A stretch of DNA of 64,000 nt from the human T2T-CHM13v2.0 reference genome, Homo sapiens: assembly GCF_009914755.1 (NCBI RefSeq), contig NC_060935.1; one strand, given 5' to 3'. Under the pieces are notes generated by a model that had not been told where the DNA came from, did not search any database, and worked only from the letters and a program-made list of their open reading frames with translations. Position 1 is the first letter of the stretch, and each line of letters begins with the position of its first letter. Position numbers and translations under genes: made by a program. This document shows, one piece after another, positions 37,914 through 50,809 of this stretch.

Positions 37914-38800
37914 GAACTTTATTTCTCAACTTAAGCTCTATCAACTTCAAGACACTACTGTAAGTAAAATGATATCAGCCATTTATTCCACCCCTAAAGA
38001 ACTGAGGTTACTGGGAATTTAGTCCTTTTAATGCAGTCTTTTTTACATTATTAACCGAAGAAAATTGAGTTCCCTTAAAAATAAATTAGAGAACAAAATT
38101 AAGTCAGAAAAAGCCAAATTTGGACTGTAAGGTGAATGCCTAATGATTTCCTGTTGAAACTCTTTCAAAATTGCCCTTATCTGATGAGAGGTTGAGCAAG
38201 AGCTTTGCTGTGGTAATGAAGGACTCTCTTGTGCGGTTTTCCTGGGTGTTTTCCTGCTAAAGCTTTGGCTCACTTTCTCAAAACACTCTCATAATAAGCA
38301 GATATTACCATTCTTTGACCTTCCAGGAAGTCAACAGGCAAAATGCCTTAAGCATCCCAAAAAACTGTTGCCATGACCTTTGCTCTTGGCCAGGTCACTT
38401 GTTCCCGGACTGGCCCACTCCCACCTCTTGGCAGTTCTCGCTTTGCTTGTGCTTTGTCTTCAGGAGTGTACTGTCCTGATATTTGATCTTCTGTTATGAT
38501 TCTTTGAAGAAGTGCTTCAGGATCATGATTCCACTTGTTTGAAATTTTCATTGAAAGCTCTGGTCTTGTCTGCAGCTAATCTGGTGCAATCATTTTGGCA
38601 CCCATCAAATAGAAAGTCTTCTCATCATTAGTAACTTAGAACTGTGTGAGCTGAACCAATTGTTATGTCTGTGCTGTTGGCTGTTGTTTCTGCTATTACT
38701 TGTTGATCCCCAATTAGAACACTAAGAAGATTATTTTCCTCAAATTGTTGTTAATGGACTGCCATTGCAGGCTTTATTCCTAACATTCTCTTCTCTCTTA
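37914..38800 (-). mobile_element. Hsmar2 mariner transposon, internal fragment (no TIRs)
   Basis: Frameshifted peptides 'NKWNHDPEALLQRIITED...LPRGGSGPV...RAKVMATVFWDA' and 'SHQIRAILKEF.QEIIRHSPYSPNLAFSD' match Hsmar2 transposase; C-terminus VEK-stop at about 37919. Confidence 0.93.
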
Positions 38801-41574
38801 TTGAAGGATATGGAGATTATGCCAATACCCTGAATTCAGAAGCTAAAAAATAAAACCGACATAGGCAGTAACTGAAAAATCAAACCGACCTGAAACTGCA
38901 ACCACCAATACATCTTTTTTTTTTCATTTTCTCACTGATTTTGTAAACTCTCCTTTCAAAACCTCAGCTAGCATATTCCTTCAAGTATAGCCATCCACCT
39001 CCAGACTTGCAGATGTGAAAAAGCTCTGAGGCTGCTCATATTTTTAGGTTGTCTTGGTTTATGTTATATGATGTGTGGAAACTCTTTACTCTTTTTCTAT
39101 AAATCACCAAAACCCTTTTATGCCATTAGTGCCTCTTGACAACAATCAGTTTTTCTACACACCACTAATAAGAATCACCAACTATTCTTAATAGTGGTGT
39201 GTAGATTAAGAATCACCCACTCAGTGGGTCCCGGACTGCATTGCACGCTGAACCATATAGAGAAAATTCTAACACTACATGACAGTGTCATTTGTCATGT
39301 TTTCTGATTAAACTACTGATTAAACTATAGGTATTTTTAATTATATCTAACCAACATTTTCTACTGAAGATTTGGACATTGCTTCTTGCTTAGGAAACGT
39401 AATTTGTATGGTGGAATATATATGTGGTCAAAGTCTCAGTTATTTCTTAGCCTCATAAGTTATCTGGCAACTTAGCATAGTCAGGTCTCTTAGCCTTGTT
39501 GCTCATCAATATCCCTGGGTGTAAACTGGGGATATGACAAATATATTTCCTTTAGAGTTTTTGGAGAGAAACAAATGTGATTATGTTTATAAATATATCT
39601 TATAAAATGTTTTACTGTACATATGAAAGAAAATATTTTAAGTTAAATGTGTGAAATTACTTTCTCTTGTAACAACGGATTGCTTTCTATTTATCAGAGA
39701 GAAATATCGTACCATATTTCTCAATAAATTTTCTGACCACTTTTTCAGAGTTCAGAAAAACAATGATCCTTTTTTCAATCAATAAATGTGTCACACCTTC
39801 TTAATTCAGATCTTTCTGCTTTTCCATCTCTGGATTATGTACAAGTATGTGTCAGTCCTTTTGTTTTCATGTGGTTTGCGTTTTTTCTTTTGTAAGTAAG
39901 CAATCAACCCAGTTTACCTAAGGCAGGATTCTTTGTTTTATTTAATTAAACATAATAAAGCCAAAAACTTCTTGAACATATTCAGTAGAATCCAAAGTTC
40001 TGGGGCTCTGGTATATTTTAGGTTTTCAGAAACAAAGGACATTATGGCTTTTATCATGATTTAATTTCCTCGATACAGGGTTCATATGAGTCTCCTTATT
40101 AAAGAAGAATAATAGATGTAGACCTCAAGAACTAAATTCAATTTGTTAACATATTTTATTTGACTGTTATCTGGAGACAGTCTACAATATTACATTCTCA
40201 TCTCCAAGTGCCTTTAACATACTAGCACAGAGTGAATTTCTTGTCTATTTTTGAACCCATCTCAGCTGAATGAAAATAACAACTGTTGTATAGGGATGTT
40301 GTAAGAGTCTAAATACTGTTTATAAATTACTACAAAGCCTGGCACATAGTGGCCAGTGAATCATATATTGATCCCTTCTATTTTTCATGATTATCTTTTA
40401 TAGAATTATATTTTAGAATTTAACTCATTACATTAGATTTAAACTAATTACTCATTACAAATAGAGTGAAAAGTAAAATATATTTTCCCTTTTCCATGAT
40501 GCTTCACAGGCACACCTGAGATAGGTTTGATCTATATACTTATATTTAGATGTGAGAGACACAAACTGTACCCACAAGATAATCTCCTGAGAGTAGAAAG
40601 TCTCATAGCCCTTCTCTATCTCAAGGTAAAAGCTAAATCTCCATACAACTCTAACACAGTGATACATGATTGCCCTGTCACTGTGGCATTGGTTCTGAAA
40701 TCATTCCCCTTCATACTCCTTAACAAGTCACCTTTAAGGCATGGTTAAATTTGCATTTTTTTCCTGTTAGGAATTCCAGAACTACTACTAGCATTTTTAT
40801 TTCCATTTCAAATTCAATAAATAAGAAGGTTGTTTATTATTTCCTTGCCTCTACTAAGAGAGAAAATAGTTGTGATTTATGAATTTTAAATGTGAAAACA
40901 ATATATAAGAATGCTTGCTAGAATGTTATAGCTACACAGCTACTATAGCTCTGGGTTTGAGCAGAGATTAATCCATTCATTTGATATTTATTGAGTACTT
41001 GGTTATATAGCACTAAAAAAGTTAATCATTACATTTATACACAAGATGCTTACAGGGATTAATGAAAACTTTGGATAAGTACCCACACTGTAAATACTAT
41101 CATATAAGCTTATGTTTTCATACTGTTATGTTTCACACAATCCTCAACACATCTCAAATGGCATCCTTAATAGATGCAAAATTGGCTTCTTCCATAATAA
41201 AGAAGGGAAGTCAATTGAACTTCAACCAGACAAGAGTGTATTACATTTTTATACTCAAGAATTATTTACATGATTATTGGTTTTCCACAAATTTTCTTCT
41301 ATCTCTACAAAATTGTAAAATAGGTCAAAGAAAATGAAAATCACAAACTTCAAAAAAACAAATAACCCAGAAAAGTATATACCAAACAGTGCGCTGTTTT
41401 CCATGAAAGATGCCTTTTGGCCCAATAACAAGTCTTCCAGAATTTTCCTTATAGCACATTCAGACCCTTAGTCTTACCCTTTATTTGTGGCCCCCTGTTT
41501 TGGAGAACTTACCAAACTCTCTTGATTAGAGTTTTGCACCAATTCTTCTTATATTTTAGCATGATGATTAATGT

Positions 41575-41790
41575 CTCTGGTCCCACAGTTTAAAAGATCT
41601 TGATATCAATCTTGGGTCTGCCACTAGTTGTGTGACTTATGGACACTTGTTTAGCATCTGGGTCACTACTTCATCAGTAAAACTGACATAAATCTTGTTG
41701 TGATGATTGAATGTGATAATGTAAGTGTTTACCTCAATGCCGGGCACAGACTATGTTCTTTATAAATGTTTGATCTTATAGCTATTGTTA
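41575..41790 (+). mobile_element. MIR
   Basis: 'tctgccactagttgtgtgacttatggacacttg...catcagtaaaa...gccgggcacag'. Confidence 0.75.
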
Positions 41791-44189
41791 TTTATTTCAC
41801 TGTCATTATTAATTTGATCTTTATTTTTGATTAGGGCAAATACATTTATCCCTAACTTCTGGGCACCCGCAGTGCTCTAAAGCTCAGTTATCTCACTCTG
41901 CTTTCATTGTCAGTATTTTAGTATCTGCCTCCTTCACTTACAGAACGGTAAGACCCTGATACTGAGCCAGTATTCAATGTTTTCCATGACATCTTGTTGA
42001 TGTATTCAATCAATAAACAGTTATTAAATGCCATTCTCCCTAATCTGATGGAGCTCATCTATCTGCCAAGCAAATGCAATAAGTAAGACCTAGCCTCTGC
42101 ATTTAATATACCTCCAATATTTCTATGAATGTAGAAATATAATAATACCACCCATTTGCTGAATTTTTTTATGTGACAGGTACTATGCCAAGAATGTACA
42201 CACACATGACCTCATTTAATACTCTCAATAATCATTTAAAATTTGTTCCCATACCACCACTATATATCAGAGAAGCAACCAGACAAATTATGTTCAAAGT
42301 AAGAAAACAATGTAGACTTTGATGAAGTGTCATGACCATTGAGTTAGCCAGGTGCAAGAATTGCCGAAGGATGCTTAAGGTAAGGGGAATGGCATAAACA
42401 AAGCACAGAGGCATAATAGAGCATGAGGAGTTCATATTTCTTAAATAATAAAAGATGGCTTTGTTGACCTGTAAGTTGCTGATAGGGGAATGTAAAGCTA
42501 AAATATGTACTCATGTGCAGATACTCTAAGACCTTATATAACAGTGTATAAAAACTTCAGACTTCACTAGTTACTAAGGCTTCATTGACTTCAGTTAAAC
42601 ATTAAAAAGGATAGATACACTCTTGATGCATAGTTAAATCTATAAAACAGTTTTGTGAAAGTGAATTTGTAGAAAAAAGTAGGGGGACAGTGCCTTCTCT
42701 TTATAAATGTAAAATAAAAAACTTTAAGTCTTGCAAATTGTAAACCAGATGCCAGTGGCAAGAGGCACATTTCTCCTAAAACATAGCTACTTGCCACTGA
42801 GAGATTAGCAATGTAGTTAGATGTCAAAATGCATCATTCTCATGTATTCCCTTACCCAACATTACCATTTTCTTATTTGAAAAACCTGAAAGTAATAAAG
42901 CACAGTATCTCACTTATCTAATTCTGAGATGTAGAAGCCTACAATAAGTAAGATGGGGTAAAATGTATCTGTAATAATTGGGTGATTAATTTATGACTAC
43001 AGAGAAAAGTCAAAGTAACTTTCTTCTCCCTACTACTTTTCTACATCCGTACCTCTCCCATTCTAGTCTGCACTGTCATGACATCATCCAGATCTCTGCA
43101 AGAGCAGCTGCCTGAGAGAACTCTCTGCCATTCTTCTGTGCCTCCAAGCTGTTTTCCAAATTGTGGCTAGGAGAGTTTCTATCATGTTCCCCTTTCTGAA
43201 ATACTTAGTACATTTAATAGTCTCTATTAGATAAGTTCTAGTCTCAATAATGATATATAAGCTCCCTATGAACTGCTGACAGCCTCTTTCTTTATCAATC
43301 TTGACCTGCTATAAATATTTGTCACTGAAAGTCCTAAATATTACATAATTTTACATTTCTTATTTTTGTTCTTCTGCTCATGTTTTCTTGTCCCCACCCA
43401 CTTCTGCCTGAAATGCCTTTCCATATTTTCTTTACTCAGATAATTCTTACTCTTCTATACAACTTCAATTTATGTCTCATACAGAAAATCTTGCTGAATA
43501 CTAACTTTGGGATAAGAGACCTTTCTCTTTTTATACATCATATTGAAAGTTTATATTTATGTCTCTTGCATTACTCCCAGTTCTAATGCTCTCAAGTTTT
43601 CCCCGGTATACCTCAAACACCGGCCAACACTTATACACTATTCAAAATACAATTAGACCCAGTACTCCAAAATTTCACACTGATAGCACATACAGAGGCC
43701 TATTAACATGACTATGAATTTCTAGCAATGTGTGCATACCTCTACCTCTGCACTTATGGTCAAACAATGTATTTGATATCTCCTCCATGGTTTTAAAAGT
43801 TTTTAGTTGTTTTCTTAAATTACTTCTGGAGCTCTAGACTCAAGCGTGATTTCCAGCACATAACAAATGCTTATTAATTAATTCAATAACTGCAAATTGA
43901 GAAACAACTGGATGCAGATACTGTGAAATCTTTCACAAACAATGAATACACATCATTCCCCTCAAGTAGTTTATGTCTCAAAACAGGTATCAGTCCACAA
44001 CTTATCAAATGAATAAAATAGTACTGCAAGTAGAATTACCAGAATAAACATATAGCTAGTGTAGTGCTCAGAGAGGTGTATAAAAAGGGCAACAAAATTA
44101 ATCAGAAGGGTCAGAGAAAGCACCCCTAAGAAAGTGTATTATTCAGAGTTATCTTAGAGAGACAGAACAGTGAGGTGAAGAAGAAAAAA

Positions 44190-45290
44190 AATGTGATAAT
44201 ATCAACAGATGCATAAAAACCAGTTGACAAAGTCCAACATCCATTCATTCATGACTATATATCATGAATATATATATTTATTTTATAAATAAATATATAT
44301 ATATATTTTTAATATATATATTAAATATATATATTAAATATATATATTTTATAAATAAATATATATACACACATATAACTCTCAGTAAACTAGGAATAAA
44401 GAAGAACCTCAATTTGATTAAAGTGAAATCTATAAAAAGCATACAATTAACATCATACTTAACGTTGAGAAACTAGATGCTTTCTGCTAAATCAGGAAAA
44501 AAGCCAGGTGTTCCCTCTCACTACTTTTCAACATTATACTGGAAATCCCAGCTATTGAAATAAAGGAAGGGTGTGTGTGTGTGTGTGAAAAAGAGAGGGA
44601 TTGGGGAGAGAGAAAGGAAAATAAAAGTTATGCACATAAAGAAGGAACAAATAAAACTGCATTTGTATGTAAATAACATGATAATATATACAGAAAATCT
44701 GAAAAAATCATCTCAAAATGTCTCTCTTGGAACTAAAAAGTGATCCTAGCAAGATTGCAATACAGAAGAGCAATATACAAAAGCCAATTGCTTTTCTGTG
44801 TACCAGCAGTGAACAAGTAGAATTTGAAATTAAAAATGTATTTCTACTTCCATTAACACCAAAAAATAAAATACTTAGATAAAATCTAAAAAAAGATATG
44901 AGATCTATGTGAATAAAACTACAAAACTCTGATGAAAGACTTCAGGAAAAAAACTAAGTAACTGGAAAGATGTTCTAGGTTTACGAATAGGAAGACTCAA
45001 TATTGGCAGTATGTTAGTTCTTCCCAGTTTGCCCTATAGAGACAGTGCAATCTCAATCAAAATCTCGGAAAGCTTTTTTTTTGATGATTTTCAACAAACT
45101 AATTATAAGCTTTACATGGAGAAGCAAAAAAAAAAAAAAAAAAAAAAAAAAGGAATAGCCAACTCCATATTGAATGAAACAAGCAAAATTGGAGAACTGA
45201 CATAACCTGGCTTCAAGATTTACTTAAAGCTACAGGGATCAAGAAAGGGTTGGGTTTGTAGAATGGACAAATAGTTCCATAGAGAGAGCA
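44190..45290 (+). mobile_element. Old L1M ORF2 fragment with internal simple repeats
   Basis: 'atatcaacagatgcataaaaa..ttgacaaagtccaacatccattc', 'aacatcatacttaac', 'ggaagactcaatattg'. Confidence 0.8.
44247..44376. repeat. AT-rich palindromic low-complexity repeat
   Basis: (TA)n blocks with nested inverted repeats. Confidence 0.85.
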
Positions 45291-45549
45291 CTGAAAGTGG
45301 CCTAAATAAAGAAGAAAGTTCCGAAAGTCGGGATAAAAGAAGGTCATGAGAAAACAGAGTTCTTTAATTCCTTAACCCTGCTATCTATTCAAAAGTGACC
45401 AATGTATTTTAGACCCTTAGCAACCCACTCCTTATAAATATACCTCTGATCTTGGGTGAGAAATTAAGAATAATTTCAGAAGTGTTTCTTCAAAAACACC
45501 TCTTGAAAAATGGAGAGTTTTCCCATGAAATCATGAGAATAATGTTCTT

Positions 45550-45897
<348 letters not shown>

Positions 45898-46539
45898 TAA
45901 TAAATACGAATCAGTTCCAAAATATATTGCTCTTCTCTTCACTATGCCAATGTAATTTTTTATTAAATATATACTTCTACGTATTTTGGGTATGTTGACA
46001 TTAAATTTCCCTTTAGCTTGAAAGTATATAGGGTTTACATTCTACACTAAGAATGTTTAAAATATGTAAGTGCTCTACTGAACTGTGCTGGGGGAAATAC
46101 TATATTGAATGAAAATTATATCATATGCTTGCTCTGAGCTTGTTGTGTTCAGTTCTTCCTCTGCACCAAAATCCATATACAGATATTTTAAAAACATTGG
46201 TAATGTATGTAAACAGCTGGATATTCTAATTTGGGACATTTAGTTTGAAGCCTGAATATCTGTAATTTTTTTCAAATACTTATATTTGGCCTGTGCAGCC
46301 AAATTAAGGATCATTTATTTAAGGAGTCATAAGTTAGGTGAGCAAAAGACAAATAACTTAACAATGGTTAGATTTTTTTGTAAAGCACTTGCAAAAATGT
46401 ATCAATATTCTAACTAAAAGAGATCAAATGTGCAAAAAGGGAGAAATCCTTTCTTGTCTAGATAAGCTCAATATTATTCTCCTTCTTACTTCTATTGCCT
46501 GGCCTGATGCCAAACAATTATCTTTCATAAAATTAGGTG

Positions 46540-46766
46540 GCTGCATGGATGGATGGATCATTTTATGCGGGAAAGCATAATAAGATAGATGTATGAATGG
46601 ACAAATTATTAATTGGTAGATGGGTGAGCGGGCAAATGGATGGATGCATGAAAAATGGATTGATATGTGAGTAACTGAGTGGAAAGATAAAGGATGAATG
46701 GATGAGTGAATGAGTAGCAGGATTTATAACTAGATTACTTGGTGAATGAATGGATGCATGAATGAC
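46540..46766. repeat. Degenerate (GGAT/TGAA)n repeat
   Basis: Repeated ggat/gaat tetramers. Confidence 0.7.
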
Positions 46767-47496
46767 CAAACAAAGTATGAAAAAAGAGAAGGAACTCTTG
46801 ACATTTTAACACCTTCTTGTAATGCCCAATACCAAATTAAAGAAAATAAACATTTAAAACACTTGGTATCAATGTTGCATTTTGGCAATGTTTATTACTT
46901 ATCTGGTTATATTAAGAATTTGATTCTGATTAAAATATCATTATGAGCTATATCCAAGTAGGAGTAAAGTAAAAATAGTTTACTGACCATCTTCAAGAAT
47001 GGTTGAATCAACATTTTGACATACTAAGTACAATTTCAGAGGATGTAATCTGTTGAACCAGGGAGAAGCAAGGCAAGCCTAGACAAATAAAGCATTCTGT
47101 AAAAATCACTGGGGAAGCAACAAAAAGGGAACAAACGGATATATTTATTAAACTCTAAATTCTAGATAATCAGCCCAATGGTGAAAGCAATAGTATTTAT
47201 TATGCATCAGCTTTTTAGTCTCCCTAAAATTTTGATTGGCCTAAGAGGCAATTATAAGCTAGGAAAAATACAATTGTGATTTACAGCAGTATATTACATT
47301 CTACGTGAAGAATGTATGAATGTTCTATGGGTTTTTACATGTAAGAATGTTCTATGGGTTTTTCATCACAGAAGCCTTTACAAATACAAAGATTATATCT
47401 AGGCCATATAAATTTAAAAAATATGTTTTCAGTTCATCTTTAAACAGTTAAGTATTAAATTTTAAATAAAATACACATCAACTATTTTCTTTATAG

Positions 47497-47702
47497 TATT
47501 TTAATACATTTTATTTTATAAATAGTTTAGTTTTACATTCACAGGAAATATTTTTAATACATTTTATTTTAAAAAATAGATTTACAGTCACAGAAAAATA
47601 TTGTTTTTAATACATTTTATTTTAAAAAACAGTTTTAATTCACAGAAAAATATTATTTTAATACATTTTATTTTAAAAAATAGTTTTACATTCACAGAAA
47701 AA
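47497..47702. repeat. Minisatellite, 4 copies of a ~52-bp unit
   Basis: Unit approx. ttttaatacattttattttaaaaaatagttttacattcacagaaaaata. Confidence 0.92.
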
Positions 47703-48270
47703 TTTCAAAGACAATATAGATAATTCCCATATAGTCCACACTCAGATTCCCCTTCTATGAACATATTTGGATGGTGCATTTAATATAATTAATTAACTAA
47801 TGTTGACAGATTATTACTAAACAAAGTCCATATTGTTTTCACATTTTCTTAGTTTGTACTCACTGTGCTTTTTCTGCTCCAGGGTACCATCCAGGATTCC
47901 ACATTACATTTAGTCATCATTACCTCCTTAGGCGGCTCTCCCATATAAATTTTTCACATACTTTCCTCATTTTTTATAACCTTGGCAGTTTTAAAGAATT
48001 GGGTATTTTGTTGAATGTGCATACTATTATTATGACTGGATATTGATCTTGATGTTTTGTGGCTGAAGTAATGATAATTTGGTTTCTTTACATCAAAGTT
48101 ACTTTTTTATTCCACTTTTCATATTGTACTTTTTGGGAATGAGTCATTATGCACAACCTATATTTATGTTCCACCTCTTTGAGGACAGAGCCTCTACATG
48201 AAATTTGAAATTGATGTGCATATGGAATTTGTCTTTTTTCTTAATTTATTTATTCAAATAATTATCATTA
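47655..48270 (-). mobile_element. L1MC/MD-type 3' end
   Basis: 'ttcacagaaaaatttcaaag...ttcccatata', 'ccatccaggattccacattacatttagtcatca'. Confidence 0.75.
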
Positions 48271-49145
48271 TTTGAGAATGAGCTCTGTTCTCTCCCCTCC
48301 AGTACCAGGAATGTAGGCTAATTTCACAGTTACTGCTGAGTTGGGAAGAAGGGAATGAGTCTGGGGTAAGTTAAAATGCCACAAAGTTATCTGTTCTTAT
48401 TGAAAAATTAGTCTGAATATGATCAAACTTAAGATGATCATATTGAATATATGAAGTGACCAGCATCAAGAAAGCAAGTGATAAATGTACAAAATCAGTA
48501 TTATGTTACTATTAGGGAACCTGGGTAATACTATAAAAAGATATAAATAAGGTTATTTGATAGGATAAAAGTTTTCTCAAATTTAACTCTTACTACATTT
48601 TCTTGTTTATGTGAGAACCTATCTAATCAGTTATGTATGACTGCAGTTTTCTTAAAAGCACAGCAGAATTCTCAGAGTACATTTAACTTTAGAAATTATA
48701 GCATCAAATGCAATAGGTACATCAGAAATGAAATAATAAAAAGCTATTCAGAAAAGAAATGAAGATTTACAAAAGTAATGGCATTGTATACTAGAAAACA
48801 GAATTCCACCCCCAACCTCAACTCCAGGCTGTTTATTTCCATATAAATCACTGACTTAGACTTAATTAAACTTTACAACTTAAAGGCTATGGCTGTTGGA
48901 CCTCCATAATTGGACAAGGGTTATTTGTCAATATTTCATATTTGTTTGGAAATGCTAAAGTCATTTATGGCAACAGGCCCTACCCAGGAGCTTGAAGACA
49001 TCTGAATGCAAATTGTATTCTGCTCGGTATCTGCAGGTTTAAAGCAAAGAGGGTTTTTTTTATTATTTTTATTTTCTTTGCCAGAAATCTGTTGCAGAAA
49101 ATTTTCCAAGAACCCTCAATAAGTACACCTGGAAACATCATAGAT

Positions 49146-49320
49146 CAGTGGTTCTCAACCTGTGCCATGCATTTTAATAACTATGGAACTGTAAATATTC
49201 TCATGCCAAAGTTCCATCTCCAGAGGTACTGATTTAATTGGCCTGGATTTCATTATGGGAAATGAGCTTTATAAGAGCCCCTAGGTATATGACTTTATAG
49301 CCAACATTATGAACAATGGA
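49146..49320. mobile_element. MER5B-like hAT MITE
   Basis: 'cagtggttctcaacc...ccagaggtactgatttaattggcctgg'. Confidence 0.75.
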
Positions 49321-50048
49321 TATTCTTAACCTAGGAACAAAAGCAGACTCTAAGAAAAGGTCTATTTATGTTCACCATTTTCTTGCTTCTTGATAAGATG
49401 AATCCCCCTTCACTAGCCCAGATAATGGTTATCAGTATTCCATACATCTCTTTCTGACCAGTTGTTTGCTGTTAGCTAATCACTCCATTCTTTCTATATT
49501 CTATCATTTCTTTATTTATATTGTCTCCATTATATTGCTAAATACATACATTTAAATAATTACCTGAGATGACTAGAGTAATTTTGCAGATGACAATGAG
49601 CACAAGGTATTCAGAACATTTACAAGGTATTACATAAATCTAAGAATTTTATTCAGGCAGATTTTGATGTCTCACCTATATGTCAGCATCATGGCATTTA
49701 AAGGGCAAAAAATAAAAACATATTTCTAAACTTAAAATACTTTATTTGTAGGTCAGTATATGCTTTTTAAAGTTTATGTGTATAAACATTAGGGTACATT
49801 ATGGAATTGGTTAAAAATGTCAGCCTAAACTAACTTTATGATATTTTGATGCTGCTGCATTGGTTAACATCCTAGAATGATCTGAAATAATATCCTAATA
49901 AATTTGTACTAGTTCATCTTCCTTAATGAATATCAAATAATAACATTACTTATAGATCTTGATTTCCTGACATATATCTTTGAATTCTTTTCAAAGGCAT
50001 TTGTAGAAATGTGAAGACAAAATTAACTGATTCTCCGTCAAGTTTATA

Positions 50049-50061
50049 ACACACACACACA

Positions 50062-50099
<38 letters not shown>
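50049..50099. repeat. (CA)n microsatellite, about 25 units with one interruption
   Basis: Directly visible. Confidence 0.97.
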
Positions 50100-50102
<3 letters not shown>

Positions 50103-50479
50103 CTATCTGGTTCCATTTCCTTTTAACATGTTATTCTTAAAACACGCCTCTCAGTAGTAATGGTTTTCTTGCTGCTCCCAAAGGTGACCCCAAAGTAGCA
50201 AATACTAAGCAATCATAAAAATATTTTGAAATAAATTTTGCTTGCCACATATATAGGCATAAGTTAGAAAGATGCTCATATCATCTTAAGACTTAGTTTT
50301 ATCAAAACTAAGGGCAATTTTCGCTTTGAAGATAGAAATTATTGATCCACTATTCTTTCATTTATTTTTCTCCCATAAAATCATTAAGCATATAAATGCC
50401 AAGCATAACATTTTATTTCTTTGTAATATGTTTAAAAGGACATTCAGTGTGGTAATTTTTTTCTTTCTTAGGCTTATCT

Positions 50480-50770
50480 CTCAGCCTGTTATGTAATCTG
50501 TACCATGAAGCCACTGGCAAATTGATTAAAGTGTCTAAGAAAAGGAAACACTTACCAGATTCGAATTTTAGAAAGATTCCGCAAGTAGTTAAAAGGGAGG
50601 GCAAAAAAGCTGAAGACAGGGAGAGTCATTAGAAGACTATTGCCATATTCTAAGTGAGCAATAGTGTCATTTTGGCAAGTGACATGGTAGCTGAAAAAGA
50701 GGGAGGGGATAAATTTGAGAAATGCAAATGTAATAATGTTGGCAGGAAGTTGTGAAGGCAAATGTGGAGG
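50480..50770 (-). mobile_element. L2 fragment
   Basis: 'gaagccactgg', 'ccagatt..aattttagaaagat', 'ttagaagactattgcca'. Confidence 0.65.
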
Positions 50771-50809
50771 CAGAAAAAAAAAACATTCTTCCCTTAAGAG
50801 ATATAATAG

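Noticed and set aside
39154-39205. pre-miRNA or intrinsic terminator call for the hairpin
   Set aside because: No expression evidence or known-family match; the flanking direct repeat explains it as a replication/repair scar.
47497-47702. Regularly spaced repeats that might suggest a CRISPR array
   Set aside because: Head-to-tail units without unique spacers, no cas genes, and a human L1-derived context.
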